From IMG/VR virus record IMGVR_UViG_3300038443_002533, positions 208,471 through 272,470 of that record: a stretch of DNA of 64,000 nucleotides; one strand, given 5' to 3'. Position 1 is the stretch's first letter, and the number at the start of each line of letters is the position of its first letter. Below the pieces are notes generated by a model. It had not been told where the DNA came from and made no database searches. It saw only the letters and a program-made list of their open reading frames with translations. Below are positions 1 through 10,120 of the stretch, one piece after another. This DNA comes from a virus (Duplodnaviria > Caudoviricetes). A program made the translations under genes and the position numbers.

Positions 1-2
1 CC

Positions 3-1214
3 AGTGAAAGCTTTGTTTCGGAAACTCTGGAACGCCTGAAGAAGATCTGGGAAAAGATCAAGGAATACTTGATCAACGCCTGGAAGTCGCTGGTGGAATA
101 TCTGGCAGGCGAAAAGCGTCAAATCGAAGCCGTGCAGAAAGAAGCCGAGAAGGTCGAAGCCTTCCTCGAAGAAAACAAGGCGATCCTGCAACTCGAATAC
201 GTGCCCAATCACCCGATCTTGCTGGGCCATGATCCGGCGGTGAAAGAACGTGCTGACGCCAAGAAAGCGCAAGATCAAGCGGACTACGATAAGCGGGTGG
301 CTGACGAAGCCCAGGCCAAGGCGGACTCCGAACAACGTGGTGAAGAAGAGCGCAAGGCCAAGATCGAACACGCCCTGGCCGAGCTGCGCAACAAAATCGC
401 CAGCCATCATTTCCAGTTCAAGGGCAACGTCAGCCTGATCTCGACCACGAGTGGCGTGCCGAAAGACTTCGAGAAGGAAGTGGTGAATCTGTCCAGCTAC
501 GCCCAGCAAGTCCACAAGGCCATCGGCCAGACCCTGCGCGAACTGTGCCACGCCTTTGACGATGTGCTGGGTAAGTTCGACAGCGCATCCCCGCAAGCGG
601 CGATTCCGGGCTTTGTGGATCGTTTCCACAAAGACTTCGAGGTGCTGGGTCGCGCCATCGGCGAGATGAAGAACCATGACGGTCTGCTGCGCGCGCACAC
701 CCGGGTCCCCCTTCTGGGTCAGTTCGATGTGGAAATCACGGACGAGAAGAAAGAAGGCGACGTTAAGCTGGCAGCCACCCTCGGCGCAGTCGGCCGTGCC
801 GCCATGAAAGTCTCGTATGGCACTGGCAAGAAAGAAGGTGACGTACCGCTGCTGCCGGAACTGCTGCAACCGGTTACAACGGCCACCATCAAGAAGTGGG
901 CCGAGTTCCAACTGGGCCATGACGCCGTGGGTCTGGAAAACACGCTGAAAGAGTACGGTGAGAAGTTCGTGCCGAAACTGGACCGTCTGGTGCAAGTCCA
1001 GCAATCGGTCAAAGGCGTGGCCGACGAGAACGAATCGTATCACGTCATCCAAGGTTTGATCAACGTCTGCCGTGGCCTGGACAAGATGATCATCGAGTTC
1101 ACCCTCAAGTATGGCTCGTCCGTCCGCAACATCATGCAAAGCGCGCTGCGTTACCAACACGAAGCCGCCCAAGAACGCATTCGCCTCTACAAAGAAGCGG
1201 TCGCCAGCATCTAA
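3..1214 (+). CDS. Internal head/virion protein, phiKZ internal-head paralogue family; 5'-truncated by window edge
   Basis: Frame is open from base 3 (SESFVSETLERLKKIWEKIKEYL...), upstream of the ORF-track start at 69. It has the same S-x-E-S-F + amphipathic W-x-x-I-K helix as the next gene. Confidence 0.7.
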   Translation, partial: SESFVSETLERLKKIWEKIKEYLINAWKSLVEYLAGEKRQIEAVQKEAEKVEAFLEENKAILQLEYVPNHPILLGHDPAVKERADAKKAQDQADYDKRVADEAQAKADSEQRGEEERKAKIEHALAELRNKIASHHFQFKGNVSLISTTSGVPKDFEKEVVNLSSYAQQVHKAIGQTLRELCHAFDDVLGKFDSASPQAAIPGFVDRFHKDFEVLGRAIGEMKNHDGLLRAHTRVPLLGQFDVEITDEKKEGDVKLAATLGAVGRAAMKVSYGTGKKEGDVPLLPELLQPVTTATIKKWAEFQLGHDAVGLENTLKEYGEKFVPKLDRLVQVQQSVKGVADENESYHVIQGLINVCRGLDKMIIEFTLKYGSSVRNIMQSALRYQHEAAQERIRLYKEAVASI

Positions 1215-1222
1215 TCCTTGTG

Positions 1223-1257
1223 CCCCTTGGCTACGGCCAAGGGGTCTTTCTTTTTTT
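1223..1257 (+). terminator. Intrinsic terminator
   Basis: CCCCTTGGC-TACG-GCCAAGGGG stem-loop followed by TCTTTCTTTTTTT. Confidence 0.8.
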
Positions 1258-1268
1258 GAAAGTGTATT

Positions 1269-2645
1269 ATGCAACGTCATTTCAAACCGCTGCCCGTACC
1301 AGTACCTACGCTGGAGTTGTCACTGGAAGAAGAAGCCATTCTGACCGATGAAGTTCGCCAGAACGAAAACGAACTGGAACAACAGGCAAACGACGTCGAT
1401 CAACTGGGTGACATCATCGTTACCATGGGGGACGTACAGACCGTCGTGTCCAACACCCCCGAAATAAAAGCCATCGACCAAGCGCTGGTTGGCGCGACTG
1501 CCGATGCCGCTGTAGCGGGTACGGATGCCGATCCGGAAGATCTCGTCGGTAGCATGCTGCCCGACGAAGGCGTCAGCGCCGAGAGCTTCGTGCAGTCCAT
1601 CAAAGACACGCTGGTCAAGATGTGGGAATCGATCAAGTCGGTCATCAGCAAAATGTGGGACCACATCAAGACGTTCTTCCAGAACATCGCTAACTTCTTT
1701 AACGGCACCAAGCGCCGGATCAAGAAGCTGCAAGGTATCTTGCATGACAACTCTTTGTCGGGCGCGGCTGTACTCGAAGATGACAAATTCAAAGGCAACC
1801 CAGCCTATCTGCTCATCCCCAACCGAAACGGACGCCAAAACGGCGGGGTGGCGTTCAGTGCGCCTCACTCGGTCAAAGAGGAGTACGAGGCGTTTGCCGA
1901 AGTCGCCATGAACACCTGCGTCTGGCTGACCGCTGGCGGCCGTGATCTGATGCAAGTCACGGGTAAGATGGGTGAGAAGTTCAAGAACGTCTCTGACATG
2001 GAAGCGGACTATTCGGGCCTCGTGAAAGAGGTTCAGGATGGTTTGGCGGAGCTGGACAAAGCACTGCGGGTGGGTTACAAGAACACCGGCGGCAACAGCG
2101 AACGCTCTGGCCACGCGCTGATGGGTGGTCTGCATTTCAGTGGTCTGGGGATTGAAAATAGTGGCAGCACCCTGACCAAGACGCTGGAATTCCTGAACCA
2201 GATGAAATACAAGGTCGAGTCGGAAGTCGCCGAGAACCCGAAGACGTATGTCGTGCGGCTTACCGGCAAAGTCGACGACGTCAAGGCCATGCTCAAAACG
2301 GCCGAAGAATGGGTGCAGATGGGCGAAGCCAAGAAGATCATGTTCGAGACCTTGGTAAAGCAAGCCGAGACGGCGCGCAGCCAGATCGACAACGGGCTGA
2401 AAGGGTTGAAAGAGCAAGACCAGCTTACGCCGGAACGCAATCGTGAACTGAAACTCATGATCTCGCTCAACGGCAAAATCAACTCGATCGTTACCAAGAC
2501 CATCTCGGGCATCGTGACTCATGGCACCCACGTCACCAACGCGGTGCTGGACTACTCGATCGAGTCGGTGGAATCGATGATGGGGGTTACGAAGACGGGC
2601 GGTATCCATAAGGGGCCGGCAAATCCTTTCCCGAAAACAGCTTGA
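1269..2645 (+). CDS. Internal head/virion protein with acidic propeptide (phiKZ internal-head paralogue family)
   Basis: Acidic N-terminus (SLEEE, ENELE), then GVSAESFVQSIKDTLVKMWESIKSVISKMWDHIKTFF. S/A/G-x-E matches the phiKZ prohead-protease consensus. Confidence 0.75.
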   Translation: MQRHFKPLPVPVPTLELSLEEEAILTDEVRQNENELEQQANDVDQLGDIIVTMGDVQTVVSNTPEIKAIDQALVGATADAAVAGTDADPEDLVGSMLPDEGVSAESFVQSIKDTLVKMWESIKSVISKMWDHIKTFFQNIANFFNGTKRRIKKLQGILHDNSLSGAAVLEDDKFKGNPAYLLIPNRNGRQNGGVAFSAPHSVKEEYEAFAEVAMNTCVWLTAGGRDLMQVTGKMGEKFKNVSDMEADYSGLVKEVQDGLAELDKALRVGYKNTGGNSERSGHALMGGLHFSGLGIENSGSTLTKTLEFLNQMKYKVESEVAENPKTYVVRLTGKVDDVKAMLKTAEEWVQMGEAKKIMFETLVKQAETARSQIDNGLKGLKEQDQLTPERNRELKLMISLNGKINSIVTKTISGIVTHGTHVTNAVLDYSIESVESMMGVTKTGGIHKGPANPFPKTA

Positions 2646-2648
2646 CCG

Positions 2649-2685
2649 CATAGCTCCCGCTCCCCTTCGGGGTAGCGGGAGTATG
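2649..2685. terminator. CATA...TATG-closed hairpin between convergent genes
   Basis: CATAGCTCCCGCTCCCC-TTCG-GGGTAGCGGGAGTATG; T-rich run follows on the + strand. Confidence 0.7.
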
Positions 2686-2690
2686 TTCGT

Positions 2691-3047
2691 CTATTTCTTT
2701 TTTGGCCACACGGGCAGGGGTACCGATTTGCCAGCGAGATGGTGCGGGCTATCGGTACAGTATTCAATGCGGCCTTCGACAATAAAGTAGTGGCACGTCG
2801 TGTACGACACGCGTCGTTCGCGTTCTTCTAAGTTACGGGGTGCGTTGGAGCTGATCCGCATCGAGGGGTAGAACGAGGGTTGTTGGTAATCGTGGTTGAA
2901 TGTCCAACCGATATTTTCATGGAACAGGGTGTATTGGTGTACCTCATCGCACGCTGGGCATAGGTGGCAGTAATACCAGCGCTTATTAAAATCGTTAAAA
3001 AAGCGCCGTAGATACGGGCCCACTTGTTCCATCTCATCATATCCCAT
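2691..3047 (-). CDS. DUF6527-like small Cys/His protein
   Basis: HLCPACDEVH, WTFNHDYQQPSFYPSM and CHYFIVEGRIEYCTDSPHHLAGKSVPLP match the recalled family pattern CPGC..H...WTFNG....PTF.PS...CHSFV.DG.I.FL.DCTH.LAGQTV.LP. Confidence 0.65.
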   Translation of the reverse strand: MGYDEMEQVGPYLRRFFNDFNKRWYYCHLCPACDEVHQYTLFHENIGWTFNHDYQQPSFYPSMRISSNAPRNLEERERRVSYTTCHYFIVEGRIEYCTDSPHHLAGKSVPLPVWPKKK

Positions 3048-3099
3048 CGTTTTCCCCTTTGCGGTTTTTTAGGCAAAGCCCCTCATAGTTTTTGAACAG

Positions 3100-3143
3100 C
3101 ATAGTCGCCTCTCTAGGACCAACCGGTCCTAGAGAGGGCTATG
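3100..3143. terminator. CATA...TATG-closed hairpin
   Basis: CATAGTCGCCTCTCTAGGACC-AACC-GGTCCTAGAGAGGGCTATG directly after the helicase stop (- strand). Confidence 0.65.
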
Positions 3144-3146
3144 GGC

Positions 3147-5198
3147 TTACCACCGCAGTGATGCAGGCTGGGTAATACTGGGTTCCACCAGCTCAGTAAA
3201 TCCTTCTTGACTGAGCAAATACGTCAAGACTTCGATCCCTTCGGTGGCCAGTTGATTCTCATCCACCGCAATCCCGAGAATCGTTTCGACTTGTTTCCGG
3301 CTCCAGTCGAGAATGTCATCCGAGCGGGTCGACAGATTCGGCTCGTTACCGGTGTCGAGCGTGACGGTGACGAACTTGATCGAACCATCTTGTCCTACTC
3401 GGTCGATCCGCGCCTCGGTTTGATCCAATTCTCCCGAACGGAACGGTCGGTTCATCATCATCGCGGTCGATGCCATGATAAGCGGGACTGCCGTCGAGAG
3501 CGATTGGAAGGTCGCGATCAAGGGATTGGCGTCTTCCATCTTGTCGAACGTATTGATGATGTTCGGCAGATCATGGTTGGTGAGACCATACACCCGCAAT
3601 GGATTGTAACCTTTCTCCTTGAGGATGTCATGGATCCGATCCACCACTTCGATGTAACTCGTAAAGATCACGGTCTTCTTGCGGGCACTGTCGATCACGG
3701 TTTCGTAATCCACATGACTGGCCAGATCCAGGTTACATTGCATCCGCCGTTTGCCCAGAATCCGCCCGAGCGCTTCGCCTTGGACTTTGAGCTTGTAATA
3801 CTTGACCACCGACTTGGCGTTACGGAATTGATCCTTGAGCGGCTGGACGAGATGGGCGATGATTTCCTTCTCGTAAGCGTTACAGAACTTCGATTCTTCT
3901 TTCATGGTCTCCGGGTCGTAGTTCTGGCGAATCATCGTCACGTACCGCTTATACGTGCCGTAGCGGGCTTCTTGATGGGGATCATGGCGAATGATGTTTT
4001 CCCACACCCCAAGACCGGCGAAATAGTCTTGTTCGTACTTCTTGAAGTTGGTGCGGTAGTATTCCATCCGCTCCGCCACGAACTCACGCATCTCCAGCGA
4101 CACCGCTTGCAGTGTGTATTGCTTCCCGTTGGGGATCTTGATCGGCAAGTCTTCGCGGGTGATCTCATTCTGGATGACCTTGGCCTTGGTCACGCGGTGC
4201 ACCAGATAACCCAGACGGTTGGCCAGGATATCCAAACCTTTCGAACTGGACTTACCAAAGATCGCGATGAAGCGTTCTTCTGCGTTGCGGTCAAAGAACG
4301 GGTCGATGGTCTTCAACAGCGGCACCACTTCTTTACCGATGGCCTTAATCGGGGTCCCTGACATCCATAGTACATGCTGGGCCTTGAGCGACTCGCGACA
4401 GAGTTCGATGAACAAGCGCGTGCGCAACGAATCGATCTCGTTCATGTTGTGCGATTCATCCAGGATCACCGTGGGTTTGCGTCCTTGGTACGTCTTGAAG
4501 AATTCCACCGCCCGATCGAGTTGCTCGTAATGGAACACGTAAAAGCGTTTGCCCATCACCAGCGGTTCGTTCGACGAGGATACCCAGAATGGCACCGGGG
4601 TCTTGTAAATCGTAGCCAACGTCGCAGCCCACACCCGGTCCAATGCATTCTTCGGGGAGATCACCACCGTGCAATCCGAGTCGAGGCATTCCGACCACGC
4701 AATCGAGTTGATGGTCTTACCTGTGCCGGGATCGGCAGCCAGCATATAGCCTTGCAGATTGAACTGCGGCACCTTCTCGTTGTAGGTGTGCAGGAACCCC
4801 ATCTGGGTGTCAAACAGCGTCGCGGTCAGCCGGTTGAGGTTATGGAAGTTCAAGATGTCCGGGAAACGCTCTGTGGTGCGTTTAAACCAGGTTTCCCGAC
4901 GCAATTCTTCCGCGGCCTTACGGATGGCCCGGTAATTGTAATTCCCGCCCCTGGGCGTTTCTAAAATACTTTCCAGTGTGTAGATGACTTCCGGCAGAAA
5001 GAACTTGTGGAAGACCACGTACGAACTGGTGATTTTGCTGAACATGTTCAGCCCGATCTTGGAGGTGCGCCAGATGCGCGCCAAGTCGTTGGTGTATTGG
5101 TAAGTGGGCAAGCCTTCGATCCGGATGAAGTTCCCTTCTTCCGAGACATGAATCGTGCCAATCATTTTGCGCAAGTTGCTCAGCAACATCCTTGCCAC
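3147..5198 (-). CDS. SF2 (SNF2/DEAD-like) helicase
   Basis: Walker A ADPGTGKT, Walker B DESH, motif III SGTP, motif VI-like QTEARIDRVGQ. Confidence 0.9.
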   Translation of the reverse strand: MARMLLSNLRKMIGTIHVSEEGNFIRIEGLPTYQYTNDLARIWRTSKIGLNMFSKITSSYVVFHKFFLPEVIYTLESILETPRGGNYNYRAIRKAAEELRRETWFKRTTERFPDILNFHNLNRLTATLFDTQMGFLHTYNEKVPQFNLQGYMLAADPGTGKTINSIAWSECLDSDCTVVISPKNALDRVWAATLATIYKTPVPFWVSSSNEPLVMGKRFYVFHYEQLDRAVEFFKTYQGRKPTVILDESHNMNEIDSLRTRLFIELCRESLKAQHVLWMSGTPIKAIGKEVVPLLKTIDPFFDRNAEERFIAIFGKSSSKGLDILANRLGYLVHRVTKAKVIQNEITREDLPIKIPNGKQYTLQAVSLEMREFVAERMEYYRTNFKKYEQDYFAGLGVWENIIRHDPHQEARYGTYKRYVTMIRQNYDPETMKEESKFCNAYEKEIIAHLVQPLKDQFRNAKSVVKYYKLKVQGEALGRILGKRRMQCNLDLASHVDYETVIDSARKKTVIFTSYIEVVDRIHDILKEKGYNPLRVYGLTNHDLPNIINTFDKMEDANPLIATFQSLSTAVPLIMASTAMMMNRPFRSGELDQTEARIDRVGQDGSIKFVTVTLDTGNEPNLSTRSDDILDWSRKQVETILGIAVDENQLATEGIEVLTYLLSQEGFTELVEPSITQPASLRW

Positions 5199-5241
5199 CC
5201 TTGGAAGTATTTTTTAGTTAAAAACAGAGTGACATATAACA

Positions 5242-5277
5242 CCCACTCTCTAGCCACACAATAGGCTAGAGAGTGGG
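5242..5277. terminator. Stem-loop between DnaB and SF2 helicase
   Basis: CCCACTCTCTAGCC-ACACAATA-GGCTAGAGAGTGGG, a 14-bp perfect stem. Confidence 0.6.
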
Positions 5278-5296
5278 GTGGGTGCTGCGTAGGAAC

Positions 5297-6868
5297 TTAG
5301 ATCATCATGTCGGAACCGTTGAAGTCCCACACCGGGTTTTCACGGGCACTGCCAATCGGACCCGCCCCAGGCTTACGCAGCGTGGTATCCGGTCCGTCTA
5401 CATCGTCGAGCAGGTTCCCGACTTCCTGCATCGCCCAAGCGGCGTAGCGATCGATCATTGGGGTCTGTCGGGTCTTACGGTGTTTGCCCCGTTGTCGGGT
5501 CAAATACGCCTTACCGTTCACATACTCGATGTGTTGGAACACTTCGAGATCGACTTCCTGGTCCAGACGCTGGGAGCCGTCATACATGCCTTTGCCGGGC
5601 AGCGTGCGGACCAAGTTCGCCGTCCCTTCCCGCACGAGCTTCTTGGCGTCGGACGAGAGCTGGTGCGGTGTGACGAACAGAATGTGCCGTGGGGCGCAGA
5701 AGTTACGAATGCGGCGGAACATGTCACGGATGTCGGAACCGGCCGTGGTCATGATGCAACCGGTGGTCGGCAGCATCGCCAGGTAATCGACGAACAACGC
5801 CACCACTTCGTAACCATCGGCTTCCAAGGCCAGGACTTTGTTTTGCACGTCCAGGTAAGTCCAGCCCGACGGGTTGACCCGCATCATGCGAATATAGAAG
5901 CCCGTGGCTTGCATCCGCGGCATGATGTAGTCAGCCAGATCTTCTTCGCTCAAGCCCGTCAAATCCGGCAGGGTCTTGACCGCGTCTTCTTTATGCTCGT
6001 TGCAATGGAACTGTTCGTAGAGGAACTGGAAGTTTTCCTTCAAGCTGTCTTCGAACGAAATGCGCAGCAGCAACGGCTTCTTGGCTGGGTTACGCAGTAC
6101 CGGGGTGTTGTACACCGCGATATGACGGAACTCGGTCAGATTCCCGCCGGTCTTGAAGTTGTGCGCCAGCGCCGCTGGACTGATCACGGCTTCGCCGCGG
6201 CGATAGCCACCGTCGAGCATGCGGTTCATGCCTTGCAGACCTAGGCGCAGGATCGTGCTGCCTTCTTCGCCTTCCTTGACCGCTTGGAACACGTTGGCGA
6301 CCTGCTCGCGTTTGCTGAAGTCGACTTCATCGACCACTGCCGGATCTTTCTCGATGTGGCTGGTGGTGTACGGCTCCAGCATCTCGCGCAGTTCCATCGC
6401 GAAGGTGTTCATCGAGTGGATCTTGGCTTTGTTGAACTTCACCTTGCTGAACGCGTCGGTGATGATCTTCTCGACTTCCTTGTTGCGGAAGTAATTGCGG
6501 ATCTGGTTGCGCAGGTTGATGCAGGTCCGTTTCAGCGCCCCTTCGGACAGTTCGGGCATAATGCCGCCCTGGAGGGCTTCGTAGGTGATGTCATCATCGC
6601 CGCAATTCATTTTGAGGCGTTGCAGCAATTCATTCGGCTCGTACTGATGGTCGTAGGGGTTACAGGCCATCATGTAAGCGGTTTCTTTCAACCCCATCAA
6701 GACTTCGGTGCCGCGGTCTTTGATATCGCGCCCCAGGCTCACGTCAGGGGTTTTGACTTCTTCCACGACCTTCAATACATCTTCCGCAGAGTTATTGGTA
6801 TGACCCACTTGCTGGCTCTCGCGGTAGAGTAAACTGATCGCGCTGACAAGCAAAAGTTGAATGTTCAT
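5297..6868 (-). CDS. dnaB: DnaB-like replicative helicase (phiKZ gp118-like)
   Basis: Variant Walker A (ALAHNFKT), Walker B ALFVDYL, TPHQLS, DQEVDLE, RGKHR arginine finger; divergent from the MCP block as recalled for phiKZ. Confidence 0.85.
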   Translation of the reverse strand: MNIQLLLVSAISLLYRESQQVGHTNNSAEDVLKVVEEVKTPDVSLGRDIKDRGTEVLMGLKETAYMMACNPYDHQYEPNELLQRLKMNCGDDDITYEALQGGIMPELSEGALKRTCINLRNQIRNYFRNKEVEKIITDAFSKVKFNKAKIHSMNTFAMELREMLEPYTTSHIEKDPAVVDEVDFSKREQVANVFQAVKEGEEGSTILRLGLQGMNRMLDGGYRRGEAVISPAALAHNFKTGGNLTEFRHIAVYNTPVLRNPAKKPLLLRISFEDSLKENFQFLYEQFHCNEHKEDAVKTLPDLTGLSEEDLADYIMPRMQATGFYIRMMRVNPSGWTYLDVQNKVLALEADGYEVVALFVDYLAMLPTTGCIMTTAGSDIRDMFRRIRNFCAPRHILFVTPHQLSSDAKKLVREGTANLVRTLPGKGMYDGSQRLDQEVDLEVFQHIEYVNGKAYLTRQRGKHRKTRQTPMIDRYAAWAMQEVGNLLDDVDGPDTTLRKPGAGPIGSARENPVWDFNGSDMMI

Positions 6869-6986
6869 GATGTTGGTTCGGTTAAGGTTTATGCGATTGC
6901 CGTTATTCTTCTATGAGTAGCTCTTAAGTCCACATACTAAAGACTTGTCTCATCTTTTTAAATCTGGTTTCACAAGGAGTTCACCC

Positions 6987-7613
6987 ATGGTGGAACAAAA
7001 GAAACATGTCGTTTACGTGCCGTACTGGATTGCCGGTGCGCTGCAACGTAATAACTTGCCGTTGTCCACCCTGCTGGACTACCGCAAAGTCGCCAAGTTC
7101 TTCAGCCCGCAAGAGCAGGCGAACATGCTGCTGTTCGAGGAAATCAACCCGTTCAAGGCCGAACTGAAAGACGGTCGTCTTCAGCCGGTGTATGGCGTGA
7201 CCGAAGTGGGCTCGACCACCAGTATCACCGAGTCGTGCTTCGACGCCCCACTCTATGACGCGTGGCGTCAGTGTGTCTCAAATTCTACCGATGCAAATGA
7301 TAATGCACTGGTGAACAATCTTTCGACGATGAACTCGCTGTCCTGGAATGAAACGACGAAAGCTGAAGTGTCTGCGCGGTTTGATCCGGCCAACGCTGGC
7401 CGCTTGAACTACACCGGACCCTTTATTACATATGACGTGGAACGTAATTACCTCCTCGTCGTGATTTACCCAGCGTTCTTTGAAAGTGCGGTACATGAAG
7501 CGAATGTGGTAGCTCTGTGCAAGCAGGTGCTGGAAACATTCTATGTGTACAACACGCCCGCATCGGGGTGCAAGACACCATACTTCCGGAAGTATCTCGA
7601 ATCGTTAGGGTAA
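6987..7613 (+). CDS. Conserved hypothetical protein between DnaB and MCP
   Basis: AAGGAG RBS before ATG 6987; 208 aa; no motif recognised. Confidence 0.6.
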   Translation: MVEQKKHVVYVPYWIAGALQRNNLPLSTLLDYRKVAKFFSPQEQANMLLFEEINPFKAELKDGRLQPVYGVTEVGSTTSITESCFDAPLYDAWRQCVSNSTDANDNALVNNLSTMNSLSWNETTKAEVSARFDPANAGRLNYTGPFITYDVERNYLLVVIYPAFFESAVHEANVVALCKQVLETFYVYNTPASGCKTPYFRKYLESLG

Positions 7614-7717
7614 TTATGTTCTGACTTCGTCAGTAGATAATTATCTAATTATTTGAGCTGAATAAGCCCCAAAGCAAATTCCTTTCCCAATTTCTCCTGT
7701 AAGGGTTGGTTATAACC

Positions 7718-9910
7718 ATGAAAAGCATCATCTTCAATAGCGACCGTGAAACCAAAGGCCTGGGCGGCTTCCTGGCACGCACCCATGACCTCGCGAATAA
7801 CTTCGTTCACGCTGGCAGCGCAGCCAAAGTCGGTCAGAACCTCCTGGCCGTCGAATCGATCTCCAGCAACCCCGCGGCCGTCAACGAACTGCAAACCACG
7901 GCGCAGGAACTGCTGGCCAAGTTCAACCAATTCGCCGCCGAATCGTTCCCGGTCACGGACAAGGCCGGCCGCGTCGGTCACGCCTACAACGACAACCAGA
8001 TGAAGGCCGCGACCATCGCCGCCATGCTGGGTCACGACCTGAAGGGTGCGATCAACGCCCCAACCAAACCGGCCATGAGCCTGGAAGGCATCGCCGTCGC
8101 CGGCGTGCTGGACCAAACCCCGTACGAGCGCCGTGCTTCGAACGAAGCCTACGACGAACAATCGACGGCAACGTCGGTGGCCTTCTCGGTCGCCTACAAC
8201 CTGGAATGCGCCCGCCAATCCGAGCTGGCCGAAACGCTGTTCCCGACCGTCGTGATTCCGCCGAACGAAGCCGGCCTGTTCATGTCGATCGACCTGGCCC
8301 TGCTGCAAGACGACGCCAACCGCCAGATCAGCGGCGCCGTGACGGACTTCCACCGTTACAACGTCATCCGTGCGCAGACCTACCCGGAACTGCTGCAAAA
8401 CGACGCGTCCGACCTGGTGCCGGTGCTGCGTGACGAATCCAAGCAGAACTTCGTCGCCGACACGATCATCGCCCCGATCGTCCGCAAGATGGACAACGGC
8501 GAAGAAATCACCACCAGCTACCTGAAGACCGGTGCCAAGTTCGACCTGCTGTCGATCTCGCACACCGACACGATGGTCGCAAAGGGCCTGCCGAACCAGA
8601 CCGACTCGATCGATCCGGGCGTCTTCCTGGAAGAGATCCTGATCCAACTCCAGTCGGCCGACGGCAACACCAAGGAAGTCATCAGCTTCAACGTCAAGGA
8701 ACTGCCGGGCGCTGCCTACTACCAGGCACAACAAGGCGACTACCGCGATCAACAACTGTCGTTCCAGAACGGCAGCCTGCTGATCAACGGCTCGACCACG
8801 ACCGCTTCGGGCGCTGCTTCGACCCTGCTGGCTCCGATCGGCACCGGCGGCTACGAAGTCCGCCTGGCAGTCGACGTCTCCGGCCGCCTGAACCTGCAAT
8901 TCGGCGCAGGCTCGGTCTACGGTCCGGCACCGGAAGTCACTGCGGTTGCCAAGAACGGCACGCAAGTCTCGACGGCTTCGGGCGCTGGCGCCACGATCGC
9001 TGCCATCTTCGCCAACGCGTCGATCATCGGCTACAAACTGTACGCAAAGCGTTCGAACCTGAACCGCCGTCTGCGCGGCCAAACGATGGACACGAACACG
9101 AAGAAGCAGTTCTACCCGCTGAACCTGCTGGCTCCGGTCACCATCGTGCGTCCGCACTCGGCTGGCGACGTCAACGACGCGCGCGACCTGTCGTTCCTGA
9201 TCTTCACGACCAAGACCCGCTCGTCGATCGACGCGGTCGAAGTGCTGCAAGCGCACGCCGCAACGATGAAGTCGATGCAAGGCCAATACCACGTCCCGGG
9301 CGAATCGGTCGAGACGTTCGGTCTGGCTCGCTGGCTGCTGGATCCGTACTACGCGCACGACACCTACGTCGCACCGGACGTGGTCGATTCGATCAAGTCG
9401 TCCGAGCGCGCTGCCGACATCCAGGCATCGCTGGTCAACCTGATCCGTGACCACGTGTACAAAATGTGGCAACTGTCGTCCTACGGTCCGGCTTCGGCAT
9501 CGCAGAACGGCGGCGTCGCAACGATCCCGACGGTCATCATCGCCTGCGATCCGCGTATCGAACAGTACCTGAACATCACCGGCGACCTGCGTCTGCTGGG
9601 CGACAAGTTCCCGGTCAAGGTCGTGTCCGATACGAACAAGAACCTCCGCGGCAAGCTGTACGTCACGTTCGGCAACATGGAAACCGCAGCGCAAGGCGTC
9701 CCGAACGTCCTGCACTTCGGCACCACCATGTATCGTCCGGAAATGACGATCATCCTGCCGGTCTCGCGCGATGGCCAGACCTCGAAAGAGATCACCGTCT
9801 CGCCGGCGTTCCGCCACTTCGTCAACCTGCCGCTCCTGGTCGAGATGGACGTGTCGGGCATCGAAGACGTGGTCGACGCCAAGCTGCCGATCGTAATGCA
9901 CACCGTCTAA
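7718..9910 (+). CDS. Major capsid protein (phiKZ gp120-like)
   Basis: About 730 aa, extreme C/G-ending codon bias, propeptide with A/S-x-E sites (AVES, AAES, SLEG, SNEAYDEQ), LAETLFPTVVIPP motif, position next to DnaB and the nvRNAP gene. Confidence 0.85.
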   Translation: MKSIIFNSDRETKGLGGFLARTHDLANNFVHAGSAAKVGQNLLAVESISSNPAAVNELQTTAQELLAKFNQFAAESFPVTDKAGRVGHAYNDNQMKAATIAAMLGHDLKGAINAPTKPAMSLEGIAVAGVLDQTPYERRASNEAYDEQSTATSVAFSVAYNLECARQSELAETLFPTVVIPPNEAGLFMSIDLALLQDDANRQISGAVTDFHRYNVIRAQTYPELLQNDASDLVPVLRDESKQNFVADTIIAPIVRKMDNGEEITTSYLKTGAKFDLLSISHTDTMVAKGLPNQTDSIDPGVFLEEILIQLQSADGNTKEVISFNVKELPGAAYYQAQQGDYRDQQLSFQNGSLLINGSTTTASGAASTLLAPIGTGGYEVRLAVDVSGRLNLQFGAGSVYGPAPEVTAVAKNGTQVSTASGAGATIAAIFANASIIGYKLYAKRSNLNRRLRGQTMDTNTKKQFYPLNLLAPVTIVRPHSAGDVNDARDLSFLIFTTKTRSSIDAVEVLQAHAATMKSMQGQYHVPGESVETFGLARWLLDPYYAHDTYVAPDVVDSIKSSERAADIQASLVNLIRDHVYKMWQLSSYGPASASQNGGVATIPTVIIACDPRIEQYLNITGDLRLLGDKFPVKVVSDTNKNLRGKLYVTFGNMETAAQGVPNVLHFGTTMYRPEMTIILPVSRDGQTSKEITVSPAFRHFVNLPLLVEMDVSGIEDVVDAKLPIVMHTV

Positions 9911-10009
9911 TCCAAGACGGAACTGATGAACCGCTGTGTCAGGATAACCTCTTGCCATGGTGGTTCGTCCATGGCTATAAGCAACCCTTACAGCTAAGCA
10001 TTGGGGCTA

Positions 10010-10035
10010 CCCTCCTACCCGCAAGGGTAGGAGGG
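10010..10035. terminator. GNRA-loop hairpin after MCP, identical to 15895-15920
   Basis: CCCTCCTACCC-GCAA-GGGTAGGAGGG. Confidence 0.7.
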
Positions 10036-10068
10036 CCAGCTGCTATGCCGTCAAAAACTTTCTCTAGA

Positions 10069-10089
10069 TTATTTCACGTCTATATCACT
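10069..10089 (+). promoter_or_regulatory. Putative phage promoter, TATATCAC core (phiKZ early TATATTAC-like)
   Basis: TTATTTCACGTCTATATCACT is repeated exactly at 30142-30162, with a variant at 62393-62410; each copy is just upstream of a + strand gene. Confidence 0.6.
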
Positions 10090-10120
10090 AAATTGATCTG
10101 CATAGAAAGCGTGGCTGCCT

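Noticed and set aside
5297-6868. Non-canonical Walker A (ALAHNFKT) suggesting a pseudogene
   Set aside because: ORF is intact with the other DnaB motifs; such variants are recalled for phiKZ-type DnaB.
7649-9958. 769-aa antisense ORF opposite MCP, and similar long shadows (1320-2651, 5273-6244, 11256-13103, 13254-15155, 17179-18555, 37447-38547, 40918-43305, 56181-57590)
   Set aside because: These are expected from strong C/G-ending codon bias of the sense genes, which depletes antisense stops. They lack RBS and recognisable motifs and fully overlap well-supported genes.
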